A stretch of 64,000 bases of DNA. Origin: Octopus vulgaris (taxonomy: Eukaryota). The notes under the pieces were generated by a model. That model did no database searches. It was not told where the DNA came from and saw only the letters and a program-made list of their open reading frames with translations. The translations under genes were made by a program, and so were the position numbers. How positions within the stretch are numbered: position 1 is the first letter of the stretch; the number at the start of each line of letters is the position of its first letter. The DNA lies in NCBI GenBank assembly GCA_951406725.2, contig OX597818.1, forward strand, positions 105,214,001-105,278,000, given 5' to 3'. This document shows positions 12,372 to 24,540 of this stretch, in pieces.

Positions 12372-13175
12372 CATCATCATCATTCAACATGCATTTTCCA
12401 TGCTGGCATGGGTTGGCTGGTTTGACCAGAGTGAGTAAGGCCAGGGGCTGCTCCAGACTCCATTGTCTGTTCTGGCACAGTTACTACAGCTGGATGCCCT
12501 TCTTAACACCAACCACTTTACAGTGTGTACTGGGTGGTTTTTAAGTGACACCAGTACTGGCATCAATTCTGCTGTGATGGATGGGTCTTTTTGAGTATAG
12601 CACCAGATAGTTTGACCTTTTGTCATCTCCTTCATAACATTCAGTGTCTTGAGACTGGCCCTCAATACTTCATTTCATGTTTTCCTGGGTCTCCCTTCTC
12701 CACACGTTCCATCTACTTTAAGTGATTGGCACTTCTGTCTACATCCATATGCATCACATGACCAAACCAGTGCAGTCATCTCTTTTGCACTCTGTATCTA
12801 CTTCCTCTTATGCCCAACTTTTCTCTCAATACACCAGCATTCTGTTGGATTTGTACACTGACATTGCACGTGTAGTGGAGCATACTAGCTTCATTCCTTT
12901 CTAGCCTTTATTCAGAGCCCACGTCTCAATACTATGTAGCAGTGTTGTTCGTATACACGCATCATACAATCTTCCTTTCACTCAGAGAGAGAGAGAGAGA
13001 CCTTTGGTTACCAACAGAGGTAAAAGCTCTCTGAATTTTCTCCACCCTATTCTTATTCTAGCAATTACACTTTTGGTGCATCTTCCCCCACAGCTAATTA
13101 GGTCCCCTAAGTACCAGAAGTTATCCATTACTTCTAAAGAGCCTCTGGAATATTTGAGAGAATCAAAACAGACAG
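12372..13175 (-). mobile_element. 5'-truncated RTE-clade LINE with (GAT)n tail
   Basis: - frame FWYLGDLISCGGRCTKSVIARIRIGWRKFRELLPLL (RT C-terminus). Tail caacccatgccagcatggaaa...gatgatgat. Confidence 0.85.
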
Positions 13176-14057
13176 TATCTTTGATCAGGCTGACCCCTGG
13201 TTTAGTCAATCTTAAGTCACAAACATCATAGTATCACCTTAAACCCCTCTAAAATGCAGGGCTTTTGTGTCAAGAAACAAAAGAATGTGGAAGGTTTCTC
13301 TATCCAGTAACAGAAGAAATAGTAATCCTTAGATTTTGAGGAGACACAAAAATAAGAATCGATACAAAAATGGTGTAAATGAACTGTTCATGTTTTACAA
13401 AGTAGTGTTCCAAGGAATTCAAAGATTTAGCAAGCAAGACATGAATTTCTATGACAGCAAAATACATAATGTCAGTTTATTGTAGAAAGAGAAAATATGT
13501 AATAGTTTAGACTAAGCCTTCCATGATCAAATTCCCTGTATTAATGGGTTTAAAATGTTAGCTAGTCATATGAGGAGGACATATTTAATAGATCTTGTCT
13601 GTTATTTTCACTTTAATTGTTAATAAACACCCTCTTTTCTTGACAGTAAAATCTAATTTCATTTAGAGAAAACTGCAATTGACATTGAGAAATCCAACAT
13701 GTTAATGCTATAATATCTAAACTAACACATGGTTCCGGGTTCAGTCTCACAGTGTGGCACATTGGACAAGTGTCTTCTACTATAGCCCAGGCCAACCAAA
13801 GCCTTGTGAATGGATTTGGTGGACAGAAACTGGAAGAACCCTGTCATATGTGTATGCTACTGTCTCCTTGCTTTGATATCATGTGACATTTGTATGAGTG
13901 CCACTGTCATGCAAAACAGTGTCCTTTATTTCTAATCTTCCGTGAAAATATGTATGGTTATGGGAAAATATTACCTTACTTGTCAACAGGTGGGGGTTGG
14001 TAACAGGAAAGGTATCCAGCTATAGAAAATTCTGCCTCAAAGAATTTCACATGGAAA

Positions 14058-14330
14058 TCATCATCATCATTGTTTAACGTCCGTTTTCCATGCTAGCATG
14101 GGTTGGACAGTTTGACCGGGGTCTGGGAAGCAAAGACGCTGCACCAGGCTCCAGTCTGATCTGACAGTGTTTCTACAGTTGGATGCCCTTCCTAATGCCA
14201 ACCACTCAGTGAGTGTAGTGGGTCCTTTTTACATGCCACCAGCACAGGTGCCAGGGGAGGCTGGCATTGGCTACATTCGGATGGTGCTTTTTACGTGCCA
14301 CCGGCATGGGTAGTATCACAACTACAATGT
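14058..14330 (-). mobile_element. RTE 3'-tail element (SINE or short truncated LINE); others near 28600, 56670, 58520, 63150
   Basis: catcatcat.gtttaacgtccg.tttccatgctagcatgggttgg...ggatgcccttcctaa.gccaaccact, matching the 3' end of the RTE at 15617-17941. Confidence 0.85.
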
Positions 14331-14794
14331 CCATTTGATTTTTATTTTGATGTTGATGTACTTGACTCAATAGGTCTCCTCAAGCACAGCATGTTAAAAA
14401 ACAATGAATGTAGAGGAATATATTTGTTTCTAGAGCAGAAATCCTGAAATTTGTGGGGAAGAGTTAGTTGGTTAAATCAACTATAATACTTTGCAAGTAT
14501 TTTATTTTATTGAGTCTAGATAGATGAAAGCTGCCTCTGCAAGATCTGAGCCTATAACATAAAAAGCAAGAGGAAATACTGCAAGGTATTTCGTCCAATA
14601 CTGATGATTCTGACAATCAATAACCTTTAGAAAAAGTTATAGTAATGTAACCAACTGAATTAACATCAGTATATTAAGGTACCTATTCTATTGCACCTGC
14701 AACAATTAACAGCAAACACAAGCTAAAGCAAGACTTGAACTCAGAATCATATACCTGTCGATATTTTAGTTCCTGTATTTATGAACAATAGATG

Positions 14795-15190
14795 CATGTA
14801 TGACTGAGAAGCTTACCTTCCAATTATGTAGCTTTGGGTTCAGTCTCATTGCACAGCACCTCGGGCAAGTGTCTTTTACTATAGCCTTGGGCCAACTAAT
14901 TCCTTTCTGAGTAGATTTGGTTGACATAAACTGAAAGAAGCCCGTCTTATGTGTGTGTGTATTTATTTTTTTTTATGCATGTATGTGTATAAGTGTGTGT
15001 TTGTCTACCACCACTGCGTGACAACAAGTATTGGTTTGTTTACATCCCCATAACTTAGCAGTTCAGCAAAACAAACTGATAGGATAACTACTAGTCTTAA
15101 AAAAATAAGTACTGGGGTCAATTAATTCAACTAAATTTTTCAAGGTGGTACCTTAGTATGGCTGCAATCCAAGGACTGAAACAAGTGAAA
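14795..15190 (+). mobile_element. tRNA-derived SINE with CORE-like motif and central microsatellite (others near 11280, 13725, 19690, 32495, 33085, 45470, 49320, 54215, 54450)
   Basis: gggttcagtc..cacct.gggcaagtgtctt.tactatagcc...gatttggt.gac..aaactgaaagaagcccgtc, then (TG)n, then a 3' part ending gactgaaacaagt. Confidence 0.8.
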
Positions 15191-15616
15191 GGTAATAGTG
15201 ACATCAGCTACATGTTTCCAAAGAGTCAATTATTCCTTTGCCACATGTTTGATGTCATGAATAACAAGCAGTTGTTTGTGATTATTTATTCCATTTTGAG
15301 TTACACAATGTATTTTTTGTTCAAAACACCAATTTCCTGCTGGTGCACACACAAACATATAACATGCTCCCACATAATTCTTTTACTTGTTTCGGTCATT
15401 TGACTGCGACCATGCTGGAGCACCACCTTAAAGGGTTTTATTTGAAGAAATTCACCTCAGGACTTATTCTTTGTAAGACTAGTACTTATTCTATTGGCTT
15501 CTTTTGCCAAACAGCTAAGTTACGGGGATGTAAATACACCAACATCAGTTGTCAAGCAAAGGTGGTGGGGACAAACACACATACACACACACACATAAAT
15601 ATATACATATATACAC

Positions 15617-17941
15617 ATATATTTGCCAATGTTCTGCATTGTGAGGACTAGAGACTTGAAGTGTTTCATGTTGCAAGACAGTGTGTGAGAGAGAAATTGT
15701 GATGTAACAGGAGAGAAATATGTCCACATGGATGATGGCTCACTTGCATTTAATGATGCTGCAAAGAGTGAGACTTGGAGATGCCACTATGAAAGATTGC
15801 TAAATGAAGAGAATGAATGGGAGAAAGAGAGTCTGCCAAATGTCAACCCAACACAGGGACCAGCTATTCAAATTGACTACCTTGGTAGATAAAGCAATTA
15901 AGAGTATGAAGACGGGGAAACCCCCAGCTCATCATGAATCACTGCTGAGATGCTTAAAATATCTGGCAGTGTGGGCTATAATCTAGTCAACCAGGTGACA
16001 CATGAAGGAGTCATACCCAAGGACTGGTGTAGCAGCCCCATTGTCAACTGCTACAATGGTAAAGGTGACACATTAGATAGGAATAATTACAGAGGTATCA
16101 ACTAAATAAGGGGAGAGTTAGTTTAGACAAGATGCAGTTTGGGTTTGTGCTGGGGAGAAACACCACTGATGCTATATTTCTGGCAAGACAGGTGCAGGAG
16201 AAATTCTTAACCAAAGATAAACCTCAACTTGGCTTTCGTTGACATGGAGAAAGCTTTTGACAGAGTCCCCCGATCCCTTATCTGGTGGACAATGTGGAAA
16301 CTAGGGATGCTGTCAGTAAGGTGAGGGTTGGCAATGAGTATAGTGAAGAATTCCAGGTAGAAGTATGGGTTCACCAAGGATCAATCCTCAGCCCCCTCTT
16401 AATCATCATAGTTCCTCCAGGCAATAACAGAGGAATTCAAGATAGGCTTCCCCTGAGAGTTCCTCTATGCTGATGATTTTGCACTAGAAGCTGAGTCACT
16501 ATCAGAACTAGAGAAGTTTCAGGTGTAGAAGGAAGGGCTAGGATTAGAGTCCATCTAGCAAAAATCAAATTCTTAGTAAGTAGGAAGGCAGACAAATCAT
16601 AAATCCCTTCAAGGTAGATGGCCCTGCTCAATCTGTAGAAAAGGCATTAGTAGAAACTCCATAAGATATACCATGCGTAAGCTATGGACATATAAGAGGT
16701 GCAGCAATACCAAAGGAAGGTTAACTAGGAAGATAGTTTTTGTGTGGCAGATGCACAGGGGCAATAAACACCAAAGATGTACGAAAAATGGACTCCATCA
16801 CATACCAGGGGTAAAAACTAGTAGTTGATAGTTTCCATTACCTAGGTGACCAAATCAGTAGCAGGGGTGGATACTCTGAGAGTGTAGCTACTAGAATGAG
16901 AAAACCTTGGGTAAAGTTCAGAGAGCTCCTACCTCTGCTGGTAACAAGGTGCCTCTCCCTCAGAATGAAAGATAGACTGTATGATGCATGTGTGCAAATA
17001 ACCATGCTACATGGCAGTGAAACATGGGCTGTGGCTGCTGAGAACATGCGTAGGCTTGAAGCTAGTCTTCTTCGCTGGATGTGTAATGTCAGTGTCTATA
17101 TATGAAAGAGTGTAAGTGCCCCTGTGAGAAAATTTGGACATTAGAAATATCAGATGTGGTGTGCAAGAGAGACGACTGCGCTGGTATGGCCATGTGTTAT
17201 GTATGGATGAGGACAGCTGTGTGAAGAAGTGCCACACCCTAATAGTGGAGGGAAACCTAGGAAGACATGGGATCAGATAGTGAAACACAACCTTCAAACA
17301 TTGGGCCTCACTGAGGTAATGACAAATGACGGTGATATGCTGTGCTTGAGAAGACCTGGTAAGCCAAGTGAGACTGTAGCCATGGCCAATGCCAGTGTCG
17401 CATAAGTAGCCCATTTAAAAGTACCCTTCAATTGTTGGACAATATGCTATGCTTGAGAAAACCTGTTGAGTCAAGTGAAATCACAGTCGTGGCCAATGCC
17501 CATGCCACCTGACTGGCACCCATGCTAGTGACACATAAAATACACCATTCGAGTGTGACAGATGCCAGTGCCGGTGGCACATAAAAAGCACCATTCAAGT
17601 ATGGTCCATGCCAGTGCCGCTTGACTGGCTCCCATACCATAAAAAGCACCATTTGAGCATCGTTGATGTCAGTGCCACCTAACTGGCTCACATGCTGGTG
17701 GCATGTAAAAACCATCATTCAAGTGTTGTTGATGTCAGTTCTGCCTGAATGGCCCCCATGCTGGTGTCATGTAAAAAGCACCCACTACACCCTCAGAGTG
17801 GTTGGCATTAGGAAGGACATCCAGCTGTAGAAACCTTGCCATATCAGATTGGAGCCTGGTGCAGCCTCCTGGTTTGTCACTCTTCAGTCAAACTGTCCAA
17901 CCCATGCCAGAAAGGAAAGCGGATATCAAATGATGATGATG
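15617..17941 (+). mobile_element. RTE-clade LINE, 5'-truncated, degraded RT, with tandem-repeat 3'UTR and (GAT)n tail
   Basis: RT motifs AFVDMEKAFDRVP (~16232), VHQGSILSPLL, FLYADD (~16460), MLHGSETW and RRLRWYGHV. ~60 bp repeats of tggcac.taaaaagcacc at 17500-17790. Confidence 0.92.
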
Positions 17942-17947
17942 TATATA

Positions 17948-19232
17948 CAGGGGTTGGACAAAATAATGGAAACACCTAGCATCTTAGCATCATAATTTTG
18001 AAATGTCTATAAAGCCATCAAAAACATGTTTATTTTGATGTTTTTTTTATTTATTATTAGTATTGCTTAATATGTTTTGCTAAAATTGCTGTGTCTTTTC
18101 AGGTATCATCAAAAAAAGGTAATTAAAATTCATTAAAATGACAGATCTATCGGACTTTCAAAGAGGTCAAATTGTTGGTGCTCGTATGGCAGGTGCTAGT
18201 GTAACAAAAACAGCCAAAATGTTTGGTGTAACAAGAAGTACTGTCTCAAAAGTAATGACAGCCTTTGAGAAAGAGAGAAAAACCAAACCTCCGCATCGAA
18301 ACAAAACTCTGGAAGGAAGCCAAAACTTTCAGATAGGGACTGTCGGACTCTTACGCGAATTGTTAGAAAGGATCACAAAAGTACACCTCGCAAAATTACT
18401 GCAGAGCTTAATGACCACCTCAAGAACCCAGTTTCCACAGAAACTGTTCACTGGGAGCTACACAAGGCTGGATTTCATGGGAGGGCTGCAATCAGAAAAC
18501 CACTACTTTCAAAAACAAATGTTGCAAAGCATTTAGAGTGGAGTAAAAACCTACAGAATTGGTCCCTAGAGCAGTGGAAGAATGTTATTTTCTCAAACAA
18601 GTCATCCATTACCTTATTTCCAACCACTGGCCGAGTATAGCCAAAAGACAGCCAAAAGAAGCATTTGACCCAGACTGCCTTCTTCCAACTGTTAAACATG
18701 GAAGAGGATCTGTGATGGTCTGGGGAAGTGGGGGCTATATCTTGGAAATCCACCAGCCTAATGGTTTCCCTTCATGGTAGAATTAATAGTCAAGACTATT
18801 TAAGCATTTTATCTCATCAAATTCATCCTGTGGTTGTGGAACTGTTTCCGGAGGGAAACGCAATCTTTCAGGATGATAATGCACCAATTCACATAGCTAA
18901 AGTTGTTACTGAATGGCATGAGGAACATTCTAATGAAATTGAACATCTTATCTGGCCACCACAGTCCCCAGATCTCAATATTATTGAATATTTATGGTGC
19001 ATTTTAGAAAAACAAGTAAGGAGTCGATATCCTCCACCATCATCACTACAAGAACTGGAGACTGTTTTAGCTGAAGAATGGACAAAAATTCCTTTGGAAA
19101 CAATTCAAACTTCGTTTGAATCTATACCTCATAGAACTCAAGCTGTAATTACTGCCAAAGGCAGTCCTACCTCATATTAAAATAAGTTTGTTTGAAATTT
19201 TAAGGTGTTTCCATTATTTTGTCCAACCCCTG
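17948..19232 (+). mobile_element. Full-length Tc1-family transposon (DD36E spacing), transposase frameshifted
   Basis: 30 bp perfect TIR caggggttggacaaaataatggaaacacct with TA on both sides. Transposase 18138-19180 is in three frames: MTDLSDFQRGQIVG..., TVKHGRGSVMVWG, FQDDNAPIH...WPPQSPDLNIIE. Confidence 0.95.
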
Positions 19233-20584
19233 TATGTGACAAGCTACTTTCAGTTTCCACATACCAAATCCACTCACAAGGCTTTGGTTGGCCCAAGGCT
19301 ATAGTAAAAGATACCTGCCCAAGATGCCACGCAATGGGACTGAACCCAGAACCATGTGGTTGGGAAGCTTCTTACCACACAGCCACGCCTACACCTATGT
19401 TTGTCAAATTTCACTTGCATGGTAATGAATGGTCAAAACTAGATAAGGAAAGTGCTATGTACTAGGTGCTAAAATCAGGAGCCCCACAAATAACTTGCAT
19501 AAAATTTCTTAATCCAATAAAACCATAAAAACAAGGGCAGGTGATGTCAGCACTGGAGCAAAGAGAGGTGGAGGCCATTGGTGAATTGCAAGATTTCTTG
19601 TATAGTATTATGACATGTCATATGGTTTAACATGATGTTTCAAATTTTGCCAACCAGTAATCTTTTTATGTTTTTACTTTTTCCATCTTTGAACATTGGT
19701 CATATTGGAGAACTATCTTGAAGGGTTTTAGTCATGTGAATCAACACCAGTACTTAATCATTTTTTTTTATTAGTCCCTTCGCTCAAGCTGCTAAGTTAT
19801 GGGGACATAAACAAACCAATTCCTGTTGTTAAGTAGTAATGGAGGACAAACACAAACACTCACACACATGTAGATATACATAAATATATATAACTGGTTT
19901 CTTTCAGTTCTGTTCTACCAGATCCACTCACAAGGATTTGGTTAGTCTGGGACTATTGTAGAAGACACTTGTCCAAGGCACCATGGAGCTGGGCTGAACC
20001 CAGAATCATGTGGTTAGGAAGCAATCTTCTTACCACACAGCCACACCTGCTGATATGGAGGATTGTAAAAATATAGAGTTTTGTTCCCAATTATAATTTT
20101 TCAACTACATTTTCCAGCTGATATAATAAGAGTGATGGTTGAAGGATGTTGAAGAGAAAATTGGTTAGACACAAGGTGAATTTTAAATGGTAAGGGTTGC
20201 AGTAAATTAACTCAAGTCATGCTGAAATTTAAACCTTTTCTTTAAATTTTTGTAAATATGTAGTTCAACCATCAGTGGAGGAAAGACAGTTATCTTGCTT
20301 ATTGAAGACTGGGAAGAGAGCATGGGAAGAAACAATGGTTCTGGAGTTGCTGCAGTAACAGCACTATCAAAATATCTTCATAAAGAGCGATAGCGATGAA
20401 ATTTTAAAGGTGACATTACTGATAGACATTTAAAAAAACAAATCGTAAAACAGCATTTACTCTGTTGCTGCGTCTCTTCCAGCCATACCAAAAGTAATAA
20501 CATGAATCCTTTCCACTGACCTGAAATATGTGACATGACTAGGCTGAAATTGTAATCTTTCAATTCTCACACCCATTTGCAATT

Positions 20585-21090
20585 ATTCCAGAGCAAGGCT
20601 AAATATAAATACACTCATATGGAATTTAGTCTGTTTTCATTTCAGAACAAAGCTAAAAACATATTCTTATATGGAATTTCGTCAATATGTTGATTTTAAT
20701 GCAAAGCTGAATATAGATATTTATATATGGAACTTAGTTCATATTCATTTCAAAGCAAGACTAAATATTCTTACTGAGGATTTAGTTTTAATTCCAGTGT
20801 AAGACTAAATATATATCTATATATGGAATTCGGTCTACATAATTATTCCAGAAAAAGGCTAAAAATATATATATTCTGGCATAAAATTTAGTCTGTATTC
20901 TGGAACAGATTTAATTATGTATTATTTATATGTGGAATTTAGTTTATATAATTATTGCAGAATGAGGCTAAATGTATATTCTTACATGGAATTTAGTCTT
21001 CATTCCAAAGAAAAGCTAAATATATCTTATATGAAATTTAGTCTTCATTCTTGATCAAACCTAAATACATATTCTTATAAAGAATCCAGC
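20585..21090. repeat. Degenerate ~45-65 bp minisatellite (about 9 units)
   Basis: Recurrent core agcaaggctaaatata...tatatggaatttagtc. Confidence 0.85.
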
Positions 21091-21461
21091 ATGTTATTCT
21101 GTGTTCAAATTACACCAATTTAAACTTTACCTTTCATTCCTCCAAGATTGGAGCAGTGCCCATGACTCTTTTCAGGGCCTGTGGGACTGGTATAAAAGGT
21201 AAAAGGATGGTATCCTGAAACTGGAGACCTGGCCCAAATGCTTGCAACAGAGTGGACTTTGCCTATACCACAAGATAATCTCCCATCCAACAGTCCACTG
21301 CACTGGTATTTTACTGGACCTGGGAAGGATGAAGACCAAAGTTGACCTTGACAGGAAATGAACTCAGAATGCAAGGTGTCATATCAAGTATACATGTTTC
21401 CTACAAGTATGTGATCTTGTAAATATCAATACAGTTACACAACTTGCAATCTACATCTTAA

Positions 21462-21677
21462 CCCTTTTCATACAAACCCACCTGAGACTGCCTCTGGTTC
21501 TATGATACAAACTTTCTAATTTTAAGTGACTTGAATTAAAACCATACATCAAAATTTCATATTAATTTACATCTCAAACACCAGCTTAGTAAGTTATTTC
21601 AATAAATTCTTCATTATTTTCAAAATTATTTGAAGCAAAAACAGCACACTCCAACAGAGTGTATAGTCACAAAAGGG
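21462..21677. mobile_element. piggyBac-type MITE
   Basis: TTAA|CCCTTTT...AAAAGGG|TTAA, 216 bp, non-coding. Confidence 0.8.
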
Positions 21678-22852
21678 TTAAACCAAACCCAAACTATTGA
21701 TCCCAAAGTAAGCTGAGAGCATAAAATCCTTTGGTTTTTTTACCATTTAGTCAGGCATGAGAAGGGCAGCACCCACAAATGTTTTTTTTATGGATTCTAA
21801 GGCTGTTGATAAAGAGGGGGAGAGTTATACACAAATTGAAAACTTATCCCAAATGTCAGCAACAGAGTGAATTCTAAAATAAATCAAATAATTGGAGACT
21901 CTTATTTTTTTAATTTTCTGCATTTCTCATAATCCTAATCAAATATTGGGGTTGACATGTTTGGTCTCTCACACCAAAACTTTATGACCTTTGTGCCAAT
22001 GCAAAAAATTACTATTGTTGTCGTTATATATTTGCATTTAAAATCATCATCAACTTTACTATTAGTGGTGAAAAAAAACCTTTGTAGCAGCTGTGAATGG
22101 TGGTGGTGGTGGTGGTGGTGGGGTAAAAGACATAAGTAAAAAGAGACAAACATAAAACAGTTAATATTATTAGAAATACAACTATATAATATTAGTGGTG
22201 TTTCTAAAATAAAATTTTAAAAACCCCTAAAAATATAAACAAACAACGTTCGCACAAGTAAAAATTGAGAAAATATAATCCTTTCTACTATACTCACAAG
22301 GCCTAAAATTTGGGAGGAGGGGGCTTAGTCTGTTACATCAACTCCACCACTTTATGGGTTCTTATTTTATCGACCTCAAAAAGATGAAAGGCAAAGTTAC
22401 CCTTGGCAGAATTTGAACTCAGAACATAATGCTGAAGAAATGCCAGAAACTTTTTGTCCAGCTTGCTGATTGATTGTGCAAGCTCACCACCTTTTGAAAG
22501 TGAGAAAAATATAATGTAGACAATTTTAAACCAGGAGAAACATACACAGATTTGATAAATAAAAATTCATAAGATAGAAATTTTCAACTTGCATTGGCAG
22601 CAGTGTGTATGTATGTATGTGTATGTATATATCTATCTTAAAATTGGTGTTTATTATGATAGTCTGCTTTTGCTAGCAGTTAAGTTACAAGGATGTAAAC
22701 AAACCAACAGTGGTTGTCAATTTGTGGTGGGGGATAAACACAATGCAAAGACAAAGCCCCCCTGATCCACATATGCTCGTGCACATGACAGGTTTCTTTC
22801 AGTTTCCTTTCTGCTGGATATACTCATAAAGCTTCCTTTATATATTTATATA

Positions 22853-23143
22853 TCACGTGATCACGTGACTGATCAGGCTATCAGATGTTGCTACACATCG
22901 CTGGTCACATTGCGCTTCACATTGTCTTAGCCTTCAAATGACGCCACCCCGCTGGCTAAGTGAGCAGGCCAACAGAAGAAAGAGTGAGAGAAAGTTGCGG
23001 CGAAAGAGTACAGCAGGGATCACCACCATTCCCTGCTGGAGCCTCGTGGAGCTATAGGTGTTTGCGCTCAATAAACACTCACAATGCCTGGTCTGGGAAT
23101 CGAAACCGCGATCCTATGAACATGAGTCCACTGCCCTAACCAC
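22853..23143 (-). mobile_element. tRNA-derived SINE, same head as 11590-11878 but a different 3' tail
   Basis: Shares ggcgaaagagtaca.cag.g...ctcaataaaca...gtctgggaat..aaaccgcga. The tail ends in cacgtgatcacgtga. Confidence 0.75.
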
Positions 23144-23160
23144 ATATATATACTCACACA

Positions 23161-23883
23161 CAGGGTGTCCCAAAAGTCACTGAGAGGTTTCAATTTTTAA
23201 TAACTTCTTTAACTTTATAAATATATGCATGAAATTTTGATACAATATAAAGGACATAATGAAATTAATATGCACAAGTTAAATTTTGCAATACCATTAC
23301 ATCACACATGAAAAATGACATTGCTTAAATGGCAGCCATTTTCGGCTTTGCAAGCCCATACTCTTTCCAAAACTTGTACCATAACACCCTCAAGAGTTTC
23401 AGACCCCACTTCTCTGATTTCTCTATTGATGTTCTCCTTCAGTTGCACTAGTCTCCAGTTTGTAGGTGAAAAAACCCTCTCTCTCAAGTATCCCCACAAG
23501 AAAAAATCCAGGCTAGTCAAGTCTGGAGAAGGTGAAGGCCAGTTGACATTGCCATAACAGGAGATTATTCTCTCTCCAAAGCACTACCGTTGCAACTGCA
23601 TTGTTTCTCTTGCAGTACAAGCAGTTGCCCCATCTTGCTGGAACTATGTGTGAGGCCAACTTTAAATGGCCTTCACGTTACCCACACTTGCCTAGCCTGG
23701 ATTTTGGTGGTCATTTAAGTAATGAAATTTTCCGTATGCGATGTAGTAGTGTTGCAAATTTTGACTTGTGTATATTAATTTCCATTATGCCCTTTATATT
23801 GTATCAAAATTTCATGCATTTATTTCTAAAGTTAAGGAAGTTATTAAAAATTGAAACTCATCAGTGACTTTTGGGACACCCTG
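23161..23883. mobile_element. Non-autonomous Tc1/mariner derivative built from two transposon 3' ends
   Basis: TIR cagggtgtcccaaaagtcactga extends to a ~175 bp inverted similarity. The - strand has QQDGATA...WPSPSPDLTSLDFFLWGYL...GCHLSNVIF; the + strand has WPSRYPHLPSLDF-GGHLSNEIF. Confidence 0.88.
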
Positions 23884-23911
23884 AATATATATATATATAT
23901 ATATATATATA

Positions 23912-24456
23912 ACAAAATTAGAGAATGGAGAAACATACTTAAATCAGTAAAACATCAACTATCCGATGATACTCAATCCATACTTTAATACACCATTACA
24001 TATGAGTAAAGGCAATATATAAAATGAAATGAGATATACAGTAATAGTAAAAGTAAAAAGATAAAGAGATATAAGTAAAAAATTTCAAATATAATATGCA
24101 AATAAATCATATATTTGAAATTTTTTACTTATATCTCTTTATCTTTTTACTTTTACTATTACTGTATATCTCATTTCATTTTATATATTGCCTTTACTCA
24201 TATGTAATGGTGTATTAAAGTATGGATTGAGTATCATCGGATAGTTGATGTTTTACTGATTTAAGTATGTTTCTCCATTCTCTAATTTTGTAGTATTAAT
24301 TTACGGTAATATTATTACCTTTACCCATTTAATACATTAGATGAACTGATTGCTTGACAATTTTTAACATCTATGTATTATTTTTGTTGGGTACCTATCT
24401 AGCAGTATATTGGATATATATTATCCCATGGTGGGTTGAATTTTCAACCCCTATCT

Positions 24457-24462
<6 letters not shown>
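23912..24462. mobile_element. Insertion with a perfect 182 bp inverted repeat plus unique tail, probably a truncated Penelope-like element
   Basis: Arms 23912-24093 and 24110-24291 with a 16 bp spacer, flanked on both sides by (TA)n. The family call is from architecture only. Confidence 0.6.
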
Positions 24463-24537
<75 letters not shown>

Positions 24538-24540
24538 TAT

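Noticed and set aside
17500-17790. Repeat-spacer-like array resembling CRISPR (also 28600-28800 and 20585-21090)
   Set aside because: Eukaryotic context, degenerate units, mutually similar 'spacers' and no cas genes. The first two are LINE 3'UTR tandem repeats.
18138-19180. Possible active or domesticated transposase
   Set aside because: Split over three frames and the first catalytic Asp region reads FSNKS. All other transposases here are also broken.
20265-20395. ~42-codon open stretch after a tgtAG in unique DNA
   Set aside because: No convincing donor or recognisable motif; within chance expectation.
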